A stretch of DNA of 64,000 nucleotides from Octopus bimaculoides. Its lineage: Eukaryota. The notes beneath the pieces were generated by a model. That model ran no database searches and was not told the origin of the DNA. It worked only from the letters and a program-made list of their open reading frames with translations. A program made the position numbers and the translations under genes. Shown one piece after another: positions 11,273 through 24,349 of the stretch. How positions within the stretch are numbered: position 1 is the first letter of the stretch; each line of letters begins with the position of its first letter. The stretch lies in the NCBI RefSeq assembly GCF_001194135.2, contig NC_068991.1:25559952-25623951 (forward strand). The letters are read 5' to 3'.

Positions 11273-14200
11273 CACAAAAGAAACTATGCCCGGAGATAAA
11301 TCCATCAACAAAAAAAATACAGACCAATACAGATCTGTTAGTCTTAAGAAGCTACGTTACGGGCAATGTTTACATGCAGAGAACTCGGAGACGCTGTTGT
11401 CTCAAAAAATTAGCCCTAAACAGATAGATCTGTCCCCTAGTGTCAACGTCCAAGCTCGTCATGCCTCTATGATAACAAATCAAAATAAAAACCGGTTTGG
11501 TCGTCAACCGGAACACCAAGATCCACGTACTCGAATGATGAACCAGATTCAATAGGAAAAATCAGCTATTCCGAAACACAGAAACTGGAAGTACCCCACA
11601 ACCGGAACATTCCAACAGATGGCCATCTATGGTCGTCAAGAAACAACCAAAAGAAAATGAATGAAAAATGGTCTAGGGGAGATAATAAGGAAGTTCTTAC
11701 GGCCTTCTACCATGCCATATATTTCCCCACAAATAAATCTAATACTGCACAAACCTACTTAAAGTGGAGACAAAAATGGCTTGAAGTAAGGCCGTACATA
11801 GACAGTAACAAACTTGCCAACGTTAGAAGAAACATTATGAAAAAGAAATTACTAACTGAATTAGAGATTGACCGAATTAAACAATCAGTAAAGGATAAAA
11901 GAAACGAAGCTGCAGCTAAGGAAGATACTACAGAAGAAATAATTATAAACCAGCTCAGGCTAATGAAAATCCAATAATGTTTGAAAGAGTTAATGTAACT
12001 GATAAGCAAAATAAAATACTCTCCAATCCAACCATAAACACTGAAGCAGATGAAGATCAAATACACGAAGAAAGTCACACAGAAATTGACCCAACAGAAC
12101 TACATGTTCCAAAAAATCAAATCAGAATTGTATGGCTGAAAACTAAAGAAACCAATATGAATGAACACGACACACTCCCAAAACTTCGCAATTCTAACCA
12201 AAACCTGAAAATAATTGGTAAAATCGACTTTGCACTTAAGGATATAATTTCAGGTAATGATGTTAGTATTACAGATTTCATCCTCCTGTATATGCATCCG
12301 CGAAAATCTCAACGATTCTACTTGGTGAAAAGATTGGAAAACAACAACATTCTCACAAAAAGCCTTCTTGGCAAGAGCGTATTCAACACCAAATTCAGCT
12401 ACTTAGGTCTGACGTAGAATGTTTAAAAGACCTTAAGTTTGACAAGACTATCAAACCGACAAAAATCCGAATATTTAACAAAATATATAATATGAAAACC
12501 ATATTTGACATCGATACCACGATAGAAACCATGAAGCAACAAGCATGCGCTAAAGCTGCCCGCATAGCAAGGTATGAAGTGCGCATTAGATCTTCAAAGA
12601 CAACAACACGTTCAAACATAACCCAAAAAACTTTTACAGGAAGATAGGGAAAATACCAGCTACAGTCTGTCCCATCAAAAGAAGTACAAGAATTTTGGAA
12701 TAAAATTTGGGCAGAAGAAAAAACACACAATGAAAAGGTCCTTTGGATTGATAGAATATCTTTAGACTTAGAATGCTTAGAAGAGCAAAAGCGGGAGGGT
12801 ATCAATGCAGAAGATGTAAGATCTGCTCTCAGGAATTGAAGCAAATGGAAGTCTCCAGGAAAGGATAAATTCCTAACTTCTGGTTGAATGCCATCCCAGA
12901 GAGCCATGAACTGCTTTACAAAATTTTACAACAATGTTTTGCAGCAACGTAGTCTGATTTCCTCTTGGCTAGTTAATGATGTAACATTCCTACTTCCAGA
13001 AAATGAAGAAACAAATGAACCTAAAAATTATGGACCCATAATCTGAGTAAAACAATGTATGAAGTGCTAACATTTCTCTTGACTGAATATATGTATAGTT
13101 TTTAGAATAAAAAGTGGCATATTCTTTAATGAGCAAAACGATGTAGACGTGGGTCCTATGGTTGTAAAGATCAGCTACTCATCAATAAGATGATCCTGGA
13201 AGATTATCACAAATGACACAAAAACTTTTCGATAACCTGGATAGACAACTAAAAAAAAAAAGCTTTGATAGACTACCACATAGTTGGATAAAGAAATATC
13301 TGGAAATGTATAAAATAGCACCTACTCTGCGAAACTTCTTGTCTGTCAGTATAAGATCAAGGAGAACCATACTGACTTTGAACAGTGACAATGAATCTCT
13401 AAGTGCTGGAGATGTAAGAATTTCATGTGACATTTTCCAGGGTGACTCTCTATCAACACTCCTCTTTTGTCTAGTCTTAATACCTGTCTCGAAATTGCTC
13501 AATGATGTACAATACGGTTATAAAATGTTTGATAAAAATATAAATCATCTCACATGGATGATTTAAAGCTCTTTGCAAAAAATGACCAACAACTACAGGG
13601 CTTATTAGCGATTGTTAAACAGAATGCAATTTGGCCTCGATAAGTGTGCAAAAGCTACCTGTATCAAACTGAAAATTACTGAAACATCCAATGTTAATCT
13701 TGACCAGCAGAATGTCATGAAAGAATTAGAACAAACGGAGACTACAAATACTTAGGGGTATTTGAAGGGGACGGAATTATACAGTCAGTGATGAGGGAAT
13801 GATCAGAATAGAATGTTATCGCAGGGTGAGAGCAATACTCAAGACAGAGCTGAATGCTAGAAACTGGATCGAAGCGATCAATACTTTAGCCAAACTAGAC
13901 TACGTGACTTATAGTTTCAATATCATTAACTGGTCAATTACTGAAATATGTAACCTTGATAGAAAATCTTGATAGAAAAATACAAAACTGTTTGGCAATG
14001 TATAGAATGCACCAGCCTAAGGCAGATATAGAACGAATTTATCTGCCAAGAAAAGAGAGAGTCCGTGGACTTTTACAGCTGGAATTAACGATGAAGATTG
14101 TCACAATTGGCCTAGAGACCCACCTGAAAAACTCTGACGACTGGATGTTAAAACGACTGGATGTCTCAAAGCATGAAAACAAGAAAGCATCATACTCAGT

Positions 14201-15289
14201 AACAAAACAGACAAAGGAATATATAAGTGAATTCCGAATACAACAAATTCCAGAATTAGACGTACTAGAAACAAGCACAGAAAAAGCTAAGCGTATGAAA
14301 ACCCGTGCTAAAACGGCTGCCTTAGATATTTTTACTGATAATTGACAAGAAAAACCTCTCAATAGCAAATACCTGAAGAGAGCTAATAGTGCCGCTGTTG
14401 ACAAATCTCTTACCCATCAATGGTTATTGTCTTCTGGCTCAAAATCAGAAACAAACGGTTTATCATAACAGCCCAAGATCAATGCCCACCTACAAGAAAC
14501 TACCAGGCCAACATATTGAAGAAAAGTAGCTGCCCAATATGTCGTGTATGTCGACAACAAAATGAAACCATTGATCATATCTCCATGTGCAGTCTTCTTG
14601 CGCCTTCAGATTATCTCAACAGGCATGATATAACAGCACAATATATTCACTGGGTGATTTTAAAAAATCTGGACCTGCCCCACAGTAAAAACTAGTGGGA
14701 AGACAAACCACCTCCAGTGCTTGAAAATGATCTCATCTCACTCCTCTGGAACTTCACCATTAAAACTGACAGAAAGATAGATGTGAATAGGCCAGACATT
14801 ATATTGAAAGACTTCAGACAAAAATTATGCCTTCTCATTGATATGAACGTCGCAATCGGTATAAATGTATCTGTCAAGACCTACCAAAAACTGAGCAAGT
14901 ATAAATATCTTGATATAGAAATTGGCAAAATGTGCAGCCTCAAGACTAAAACAATACCTATCGTCATAGGTGTCCTAGGAATGATAGCAAAGGGGGCTGA
15001 TTGCTTCCTACCTCAGATACCAGGAAAACCCAAAATAGCAGAAACTCTAAATGCTCATGGGAACTGCCCATATCCTACGTAAAATACTGTCTATGTAATC
15101 TCAAAATTTAAAACAAACTCATAATTTTCTTGTTTTCTTAAACATTCTCTAGAATATTATGTAAAAAAAAACCCAAATATATGATACTCTAGACATAACA
15201 CCAACATGAACTTCTAACTTTTTGTGTCTTGTGCTTTCTGGGTGAGACTTGCGGACAACTTGTACAAATACAAATCAAAAGTCAAACAT
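11273..15289 (+). mobile_element. Near-full-length decayed R4/Dong-type non-LTR retrotransposon (RT + CCHC + RLE), inactive
   Basis: Broken single ORF. N-terminal KWSxxDNKEV...LANVRRNI domain; RT motifs KSPGKD, QxGCRRGSYGCKDQL, KSFDRLPHSWI, FQGDSLS (13435-13455) and MDDLKL (13554 on); C-x2-C...H...C knuckle (14540-14590); RHD (14621); RPDII...IDM endonuclease (14789 on); terminal GTAHILRK; 3' UTR ending in (AAT)n. Many stops and frameshifts. Confidence 0.93.
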
Positions 15290-15310
15290 ATAATAATGAT
15301 AATAATAATA

Positions 15311-15392
<82 letters not shown>

Positions 15393-15452
15393 CAACAACA
15401 GCAACAACAACAATAATAATGATTATAGTAGTAGTAATAACTATAATAATAG
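15290..15452. repeat. (AAT)n/(AAC)n tail or target tract
   Basis: Directly visible immediately after the element 3' UTR. Confidence 0.95.
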
Positions 15453-15454
15453 TG

Positions 15455-15720
15455 GATAGAGGAAATAGGCCTAAAACGCAGTTTAGTACAGCTCCAGAAA
15501 ACAGTGTAATTAGGGACAGCTAGGACACTTAGGAGCGTTCTTGGCGTCTAAGTTTACTTGTAGCCCGATGCTAGGCATTTTTCTTTTCCAACAGTCTAAT
15601 CTGTTATGTGTATATGAACAACAGCAAAAACAACAACAACGACGACGACGACAAAAACAACAATAACAGCAAGAACAACAACGACAAAAACAACAACAAG
15701 AACAACAACAATAATAATAA
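15455..15720 (+). mobile_element. Extreme 3' end of a second R4-like family with (AAC/AAT)n tail
   Basis: Translates VQLQKTV*LGTARTLRSVLGV*, the conserved LQKxxLLGTARILR terminus of R4-type ORFs, then a short UTR and a simple-repeat tail (15618-15720). Confidence 0.7.
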
Positions 15721-15829
15721 ACACTTGATATTCAATGAATAACCACTTGTTATTCATGGATAACCTCTAGCTTTATGGTAAAGATGAATCCTAAATCCGT
15801 TCCCTCGTTCATATGGTGTATACTTTCAG

Positions 15830-16505
15830 TGCTGATATTAGAATGAAGTTCGGACTGAAAAACGGTGGTGCGTTAATCTTAAAGAGAGGCAAAATCAAAT
15901 GTATGGACAGGCTAGCGATACTGTCTGAGAAGGTTATGAAGCAGAGAGAAGAGATGGGCTATAAGTACTAGGAGATATTGGAAATGGATAAATTGATGGA
16001 GAAAGAAATGACAAAAAATTTAAGGTGGAGTACTTGAGCAGATCCTATTGATCCTATTGATCCTTAAGTCGAAATTAAATGGACGGAATAAGATTGAAGG
16101 TATCAACACCTGGGTGGTTTCATTCTTTAGATATGGAGCAGGAGTAATCGCATGGATAGTAGACGAACTAAACAGCTTAGACAGAAAGACAAGGAAGTTA
16201 CTGACTAGATATGGGATACCCCGCCCAAAAATGTGATACAGACAAACTGTATGTACCAAAAATAAGAGGGGAAAGAGGACTGATTGGATGCGAACATAGC
16301 ATTAGAACAGAAGAAAACAACATAGCATGGTATGTAATATATGCTACAGTACCACTATTATTGGAAGTGAGAGGGTTAGGCTTGTGTAGGATGGAATATT
16401 GCAAAGATAATGAACTGTACAAGCACTAGAGAATGGATGAAGCTGAAAATAGGTGGAATGCATGGACAGAGAAAAAAGATGGTTGACTAAAAGTGATTTA
16501 AAATG
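15830..16505 (+). mobile_element. Internal RT-thumb fragment of another R4-like family
   Basis: DIRMKFGL...LILKRGK, GYKY*EILE, LILKSKLNGRNKIEGINTW...RYGAGVI, LDRKTRKLLT, DKLYVPKIRGERGLIG; homologous to but clearly diverged from 13620-14080. Confidence 0.88.
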
Positions 16506-16506
16506 A

Positions 16507-16508
16507 TG

Positions 16509-16547
<39 letters not shown>

Positions 16548-16550
16548 GTA

Positions 16551-16588
<38 letters not shown>
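16507..16588. repeat. Head-to-head (AAT)n-(ATT)n inverted microsatellite
   Basis: About 13 AAT units, a short spacer, then about 13 ATT units. Confidence 0.9.
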
Positions 16589-16589
<1 letters not shown>

Positions 16590-17499
16590 TTCTTTGTACT
16601 TTCTTATTTGCTTGAAATGCTCGATATTTCTCTCTGATCGATAGATTTTCATCCATATATATAGTACCTTCAAAAGTACATATTAAAAGTACATGACGGC
16701 GGAGTAATTGAAGTAACACCTCAGTTCAGTTAGAGAAAAGCAAGCCAGATTAAACATTTATTAATACGATACACAACGTCCGTGAACCGAGGTAAGGTTA
16801 ATGATGACGACAGTAATTTTTACCTTGTGTAGACTGTCACAAATGGTGGAGAATTTGTGTCAAAACGCTTCAGTCATCCATGATTGTTGAACAGCAATTC
16901 ATTTATTCACAGCTAGAGGGGAAAACTGAGAAAATTGTCTTTGGTAGCGTTTCATTCCAGAACATAAGGAAATGAAAGTAAACACTAGAAGACATTTTCA
17001 CTGACGCTTCTACAGATTCTGTTATACAACAAATCAATCGTACGTCGTTGTTAAAAGTTCATGGGAAAATACTCTGTGTTATTTATTCTGACTCCTTATG
17101 TTCTAAGTTCTAACCCCCCGAGGCCAGCTTTGCCTTTTACCATTTTGGAGTCGATGAAATAAAGAATCTGTCTATTACAAACGTCGATAGTAAAGCGTTG
17201 GAGAGCAATACAAGTAATAACAAGAAAAACAGGCCCTAGAATATACTATTTCAGGCGCATCATCGGTTGCAGCTCGAAGGGCGGTGTAAGTGATCATTTC
17301 TTCCGCAGTGACAGGAGTAGATAATACGATGCTAATGGTTCGTTTTCAGTAGAAACTTTATATTGTCTTAAGACGATCAGTGGCGAATAGCGACTGAAGG
17401 CAAGTCACGTAAGAGGAAAGGCATGAGGCACGTAAGAGGAAAGGCTCCAGTTCGAAGGCATTTGAGAGACATATATGAGCGACCACTTCACTCCTGAAT

Positions 17500-18120
17500 G
17501 ATAAGTGGCCTATGACTCTATTACCGAAAAGTGCCTGATGGATCTTCTGGGCAACGTGTAGAGACAGTAAGTGGGATATAAGCTAAAGAAAGCTGAGAAA
17601 GAACAAAAAAAAAAATGGAAGATGGGAGGAGTCACGGTGATATTTGGTCCAAAATGGCTACTCCATACCAATATACAAAGCCCAATATACCCAACATGAT
17701 TACACGTCTGATTACACCAGGCACATGCATCAAAGACATATGTGCGCATCGTAGTTAACGCATACCAAGACAAACGGTTAGAATTGTTTTCACGGCGCGT
17801 AGCCAATCCCCCTGAAAAGGTACCTGAATATGTATTGTTTAAGAATGATGAACGAAGCGCCATATTTCCAGAAGTGAATTATTAAAACTCCAAAGAATTC
17901 CTCTCAACACATTGCCATGATGCACACCCACTACTCCTTCTCGGGATCAGAGATGCACATATTGTCATTCACTAAGTGACATGCTCAACTGGTTAAGGTC
18001 AAGCAACTGACAAACAAATCAGCGGTATTGAGCAGAATATTCGCTGTAGCCAATCTTTTACACTAGGACAAATGTACATGTTAACATTTCCAATCAGTTA
18101 ACATCAGATGCCATGCAATT
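17500..18120 (+). mobile_element. Unclassified degraded interspersed repeat
   Basis: The stretch aattcctctcaacac...gatcagagatgcacat...gacatgctcaactggttaaggtcaagcaactgacaa...gtattgagcagaatatt is recalled as a common octopus repeat; class not determined. Confidence 0.4.
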
Positions 18121-19977
18121 CACTGTCACGTAATGGTGGTGGTGGTAATGGTGGTGGTGGTAATGGTGGTAGTAGTAGTAGTAGCTATAGTAGTAGTCAT
18201 AGCCATTATCTTTGATTTAAAAGGAACATAGAAGCTGTGTAGTGACATCATCGTTGAATATTCCTCAAGCTAGATCGTGTTCTTGTAATTCTGTTTACCA
18301 ACATAAACGATTATGTTGACGTAAATTAGGTTGAATCTTTTAAACTCGTCAAGAGCTCCCGAAACTTTCAGGTATTGTGTATTTAGCTGAAGAGGTTATT
18401 GTCCATTTACCTTTTAAACCAAAATGTTTATATTTTAAACTTGCTTTCAAATGTAGACAATATCTAATAATAATTCATGAGGCGCGTACACAAGAGTGAG
18501 AATCCAAACACTGCCGTATCTATTTATTCTCAATATATCTGGCAGATTCAAACGTGAATATCTAATCGCTGTTTGTCCTTGTTATCGGATAATATTTCTT
18601 CTCTTTAGATGATGCCTCTAAATAACAAAAGAGATTCACTAGAGTTGGGGAATTTGGGAACATTTTGTGTGTCTCCTCAGTCAAAACTACTGATGATGTC
18701 ATAATTTTCTATAAATGGTGAAAGATGGGAGAATCAGTACAGCAAAATACAAAATGTCTTTCGGTATTCTATCGTTGAGCTCTTTTGTGTTTTCATATTA
18801 AATATTCAACTAAGATGACTTTATAATATCACCGTTCAGGGATCGATAAATATAAAGAATGAGTGATGTACTGGAGTCGATATAATTGTCTATTGCCCTT
18901 CCCCGAAATAAATAGCCTTTCTTAGGAATACTATGTTGGAAGCCATTATTGCTTATGTCTAATATAATGTGATTACGCTGATAAATGCTCTTTTCCTGCT
19001 ATACCATTAGAAAATTCAATATCCAGAAAGTAGTTTCTTTGTTTGAATTCTGTGTATTGTTTTTTTTTATTTATATAGTCTATGATTTTTAGATATCTTT
19101 TAGACAAAGTATCGTTTCTCTGAAATCAACGTAATTCTCATTTGTATATATTACATGACTAAAATATACCGAACAGCCTAAAGGATTGTATTGATCAAAT
19201 TCTACTAAGAAGTGGGAAAAATAAATCATTTATACGTTCAATTTCTTGCTATATTGCACTAGAACGGAAATATAACAAAACATTCAATAGCCCCTTTGGG
19301 TATGGAACTTGAAAAGAGATCAATATGCCAACTATGCGATGTTTTAAAGTAGTAAGTACTTTAAATATATTTGATAGTCAATGAACGTAGCAGCAATAAT
19401 TGCTCACAAAATAGCTCTGGTATATTTTCTCTTCCGATGATAAAATAAACATGTCTCATAGATACATACATCAAAGATGAAATAGATATGACAGTCTAAT
19501 AACATCGCTATATATTTCAGATGATTTGCAGTAATTTTACATTATACGAACGCCGACAGGCTAGTTGTAAATTTGTACGCAATAAATGGCTGTGTGGTAA
19601 AGGAATTCACGTTGCAATAACGTTGTTCGGGGTTCGATATCACTGCGAGGCATCAGAACTTTTAGTAAATGTCTTCAACTTAACAAATGGTTTATGGGCA
19701 GAAATTGGTGTGTGGAAATAACGAAATTTCATAGCATATGTATGTATGTATGTATTATGAACGTATATATANNNNNNNNNNNNNNNNNNNNNNTATTCAC
19801 TTGTAGAATTGGAACCGGTCACTACCCATTAGCAAAGTGATGAGGCTTTTTGTTTGAGTCAAAGCTGTTCGTGGGATCTGTGAATGAGTTAATGTGATTG
19901 ATTTTCCATTCATATACTGAACGTATATGTTGATATAATACTCCGGTTTGTGAGTGTGTGCGTGTCCGTGCGTAAGT

Positions 19978-20016
<39 letters not shown>

Positions 20017-20764
20017 TGTGTGTGTGTGTGTGTGTGTGCTTCATCACCATTTATGGTTATGTTTTTACGCGATATGAACATGCATGTATCTAAATTTTCC
20101 CGTAAATCAGCATCTTTGTTATGGTTTCCCAGTTGTCGGTTTCCTGTCACCTAATAATATTTGGAAAATTCAAATTCTTCTTTTCTTTTCCTGAATATAC
20201 CGGTATTTATTAGGCTTTTATGCAAATCTTTTGTCACATTCGCAGTGTATGTATGATTGTAGGTATGGGGGAAAGTCTAAAAGCTCGAGATATGAGTACT
20301 GCACATTTTTCATAGTCTCACCACAGATATTTTCTTTTCTGAAATTTTAGACGAAGTATTCACGTAGAACTTATTATATGTGTATCAGTCGTGGGAAGGG
20401 ACTAAGTCGGGGACACTTTTTGGATAGCTGCTGATAATGTGTGAGTTACCTTGTACTCTGACATACCACAATTGACGTTTCCTATAAGAAGGGAAATGTT
20501 TAGAGACATCATTATCTGTTGGCAGATATCAGTACGTATCACAAAACAATTTTACTCCCTGAATTTATAAACGATATCCGCTCTTGTTCGATTCAGGTGT
20601 CCGCAGTTGCTCTTGGCAGACAAAACAACGATGTCGAAATTCCAGCTGTCACAGAATCCCTTGTAAAATGAATTCAGTTCGTTATGCTTACATATTTGTC
20701 GAAAAGGGGTATATTTTTCTTTGTCAGAATTTATTAAGAATAAATATGGCTAGTTATTGCTTAC

Positions 20765-21019
20765 TTCTTTTATTGTTCAGGAATACATAAGCCATCTCCT
20801 GTTCCTTTTTTAAGTTCTTCATACTAATATTTGATTTACAAATAGCTAGTATGTGTCTGAGAAGTGACACTAGTTCTATCTCAGTGATATGGTCTTTACT
20901 TTGCTCATCTTTCTTATGCCTGCGATATGCTCGTGGCAATTTTCTATTGGGCTGCTGGCGCACATATATGCTGTGCATTTCTGGTGCAAGATTTTGATGT
21001 ATTGAGCAGCATATCTCTT
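20765..21019 (-). CDS. Exon candidate, 255 nt, charged helical peptide (EICCSIHQNLAPEMHSIYVRQQPNRKLPRAYRRHKKDEQSKDHITEIELVSLLRHILAICKSNISMKNLKKEQEMAYVFLNNKR)
   Basis: 84 open codons in AT-rich unique DNA; strong donor a|gtaagc, weak acceptor ttctataag|; phase 1-1. No family recognised. Confidence 0.35.
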
Positions 21020-22378
21020 CTTATAGAACGTGCCTTGCAATAGGGTAACTGCTTAACACGGAAATCTCAGAAACTGGGGTAATTTACATTGCTGTACATA
21101 GTTCCACTATTCCACATGCCCGATCCAGTGATGTATTTTATACTTTTTATAGAAATGACAGTTTTTGATTAAATTCAAATGTTCACTGGAACCTACTTCA
21201 TGGTTCCGTGACCAGCGATAACCGACCCAAATTTCCTGTCTTGCCAGAGCATATGTCGTGGTGATGCACATGTTTTTATCAGTTTACATTTACTACTTTA
21301 TTACTGCTGCGAAATTCTCATAAAAAAGGCGCTTCTTCAGTATTTATCTAAAGATAAGAAGTTTTCTGTACCAGATTTGAATTAATGGCAAAAGTTTAAG
21401 GAGGTGGCATGTATTGCACGGCTAAATGAATAGCTCCCTTATGTCAAGGAGACTGACTTCGACACCATGATTAAGCATATAAAATGTATGTATATACATA
21501 TATCTTACATAAACACACTTATGCAGATATATATATATATATATACAGATACATCAGTGTGTATGGTATATATGTATGTATATATGTATATATATNNNNN
21601 NNNNNNNNNNNNNNNNNNNNNNNNNNNNNNNNNNNNNNNNNNNNNNNNNNNNNNNNNNNNNNNNNNNNNNNNNNNNNNNNNNNNNNNNNNNNNNNNNNNN
21701 NNNNNNNNNNNNNNNNNNNNNNNNNNNNNNNNNNNNNNNNNNNNNNNNNNNNNNNNNNNNNNNNNNNNNNNNNNNNNNNNNNNNNNNNNNNNNNATCCCT
21801 CGGTATTTATCTTGACCGAATTATACAGACATGACTTTGTCAGTTCTTGCCATCAGGAATGCAATGAACCAGTGATTGGCCGGTTGGCGACCTGCAACAG
21901 GCAAAGTTATTGTTCAGAAACTGCCTCTTATAAATAAACAGAAGAATTGGACGAGTTTACGATGCTGATTTACTCCGCTTACTTTCATACATGCAATATT
22001 CGGTCGTTGTCAATAAAGTGGAGAAAAGTCTACTCATTTATCATACAGCCACCCACCTCAAAACTTTACCTCAAAACGAATGCGTTTGTGCTTCCAACTG
22101 GCAAATGCACATTCTTAGACGTTTTAAACTTTCGTTGTTTTCACTTTGTTATACCCATTTTTCGAAGAATTATTTTGTACAAACTATTTCGGCTGCATTG
22201 CGTATACCTTCAGATGTTCAATTTCTATTTAGACACACATATCTTAATAACTGTTTAACTCAGAAGTGTGGTGTATAATTTGATATGGTTGACAAAATAA
22301 CTCATAGATTATCATGTATTATAATTTAATCGAAATGAGTATCGAAATGCATACTCAAGTCGAGATAAAGAATAAAAT

Positions 22379-22379
<1 letters not shown>

Positions 22380-22466
<87 letters not shown>

Positions 22467-22497
22467 CCTATTCTATCAATCTCTCTGTCTGTCAGCC

Positions 22498-22542
<45 letters not shown>

Positions 22543-22545
22543 GCC
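22380..22545. repeat. Compound (ATCT)n/(GTCT)n microsatellite
   Basis: Directly visible. Confidence 0.95.
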
Positions 22546-23497
22546 TGTTGAACTATCTGTCCGTCTGTCAGTATATCTATTGTATATCCATTTATGTGTG
22601 TGTAAATATATGTATATATTTATACACATGCATCTCGCTCTCCCTTTCTCCCTCCCTCTTTCTCCCTGTCTCTTTCTCCCTCTCTTTCTGTCTCTCACTC
22701 TCTCTCTATATATGTAGCTGAATGAATTACATGTATGTGTGTGTGCATGTATGTGTGTGTGTATGTACACATACATGTGTATGTATACAACTAGACACAC
22801 ACATACAATAGTAAGAGAAATGGAAAAAGATCACTACTGAATGTACCTGTGGAGATATTTTGTTGATTACTGCAGAGGAAATGGGAAATCGTTACAGAGT
22901 GTTCTTCTGTTTGTCACTTTCCTTTAAATTCCGTTACATAAATTCATTCTCTTCCATGACATTCTACGAAACAAATACAAGAAGCTTTTCGATAAACGTT
23001 ATACCAATATGTAAATTCAGTTGTTAAACACCAGGCAATGCTGTTCAGACAACTAAAGAACTGACATTTCTAAGATATATTACTGTAGATACAATACTCA
23101 CGCTGTAAAGGATAGTTCCTGTGATCTCACAAATATAGAAAACGTTCTACGACACAATATACCTTCTCCACTATAAAGAAAAATAAACAATTATACGAAG
23201 ATCACACACGTGCGCACCAACACTCATCTTCGCAAAATACGCACGCACGCGTACACACATACACAAACACACGCACAAACGCACACACACACAAACGCAC
23301 ACACACAGAAACACACACACACACATACACACACATGTACACTGATACATATAGCACATGCGAAATATATGATCGTGTAAGTGGGTGTAAATGTTATATA
23401 TAACTGGTTTCTGTAAATGTACGATCTATATCAGACTTTAGTTATGGCCTGCTATTATTCTGACGATTTATTGTTGCTATCATCATCATCATCATCA

Positions 23498-23559
<62 letters not shown>

Positions 23560-23562
<3 letters not shown>

Positions 23563-24125
23563 TAGTTTTATTTTTATAACGTACTTTCACTTCACTACCG
23601 AGCGCAGCTCTGTGCGCCTTGGGTATGTGCTGTGGTTTGCTGTGGTGATCTTATGTTTACTGTATTGAAAGTGTTTTGCGTAGAATGTGTGCAGTACCCA
23701 GTAGTGCAATTTTCTGTATGTTATATATATTTGTAAGTCCTGGTGTTTTTGTTATGTATTTGTCTGAATATTTTTTTATTATACCTAAGGCACCTACTAT
23801 GATAGGAATTGTTTCTNNNNNNNNNNNNNNNNNNNNNNNNNNNNNNNNNNNNNNNNNNNNNNNNNNNNNNNNNNNNNNNNNNNNNNNNNNNNNNNNNNNN
23901 NNNNNNNNNNNNNNNNNNNNNNNNNNNNNNNNNNNNNNNNNNNNNNNNNTCCTTCATGATCTTTGACAACTATATCTGGTCTATTTGCCTTAATTTCTCT
24001 ATCTGTGTGTATTGGCATATCCCAGAGTATGGTTGCTTTCTCGTTTTCTGTGACCTTTTCTGGCGTGTGTTTATACCATCTTTTTTCTGTTGCTATTCCA
24101 TAATGTTGGCATAGCTTCCAGTGTA

Positions 24126-24127
<2 letters not shown>
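23560..24127 (-). mobile_element. 5'-truncated R4/Dong-type element embedded in (ATT)n
   Basis: Minus strand reads IHWKLCQHYGIATEKRWYKHTPEKV...ILWDMPIHTDREIKANRPDIVVKDHE [gap] ETIPIIVGALG...IQKIALLGTAHILRKTLSIQ*, then a 3' UTR. (ATT)n lies on both sides (about 23500-23559 and 24127-24194). Confidence 0.92.
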
Positions 24128-24194
<67 letters not shown>

Positions 24195-24349
24195 CATAAC
24201 ACGAACAAAGAATGTTAATGATATATAGACAACCACACAGACATCACTCACAGCGATTTCATCAAACCAACAAACAATACACTGACATACACAAAAATCA
24301 TACAATCAGACAAAACACGAAAATCCATCAAAACCAAATATTATGTTGG

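Noticed and set aside
15224-15523. Poly-Ile/poly-Asn ORFs (also 11060, 16344, 23417, 63568)
   Set aside because: Translations of (AAT)n/(ATT)n microsatellites.
16824-16912. Strong minus-strand acceptor and donor pair
   Set aside because: Stops in all three frames; shows that good splice-like signals arise by chance here.
17510-17900. Hydrophobic, channel-S5-like minus-strand translations
   Set aside because: The region appears to be a plus-strand interspersed repeat, and the frames do not splice coherently.
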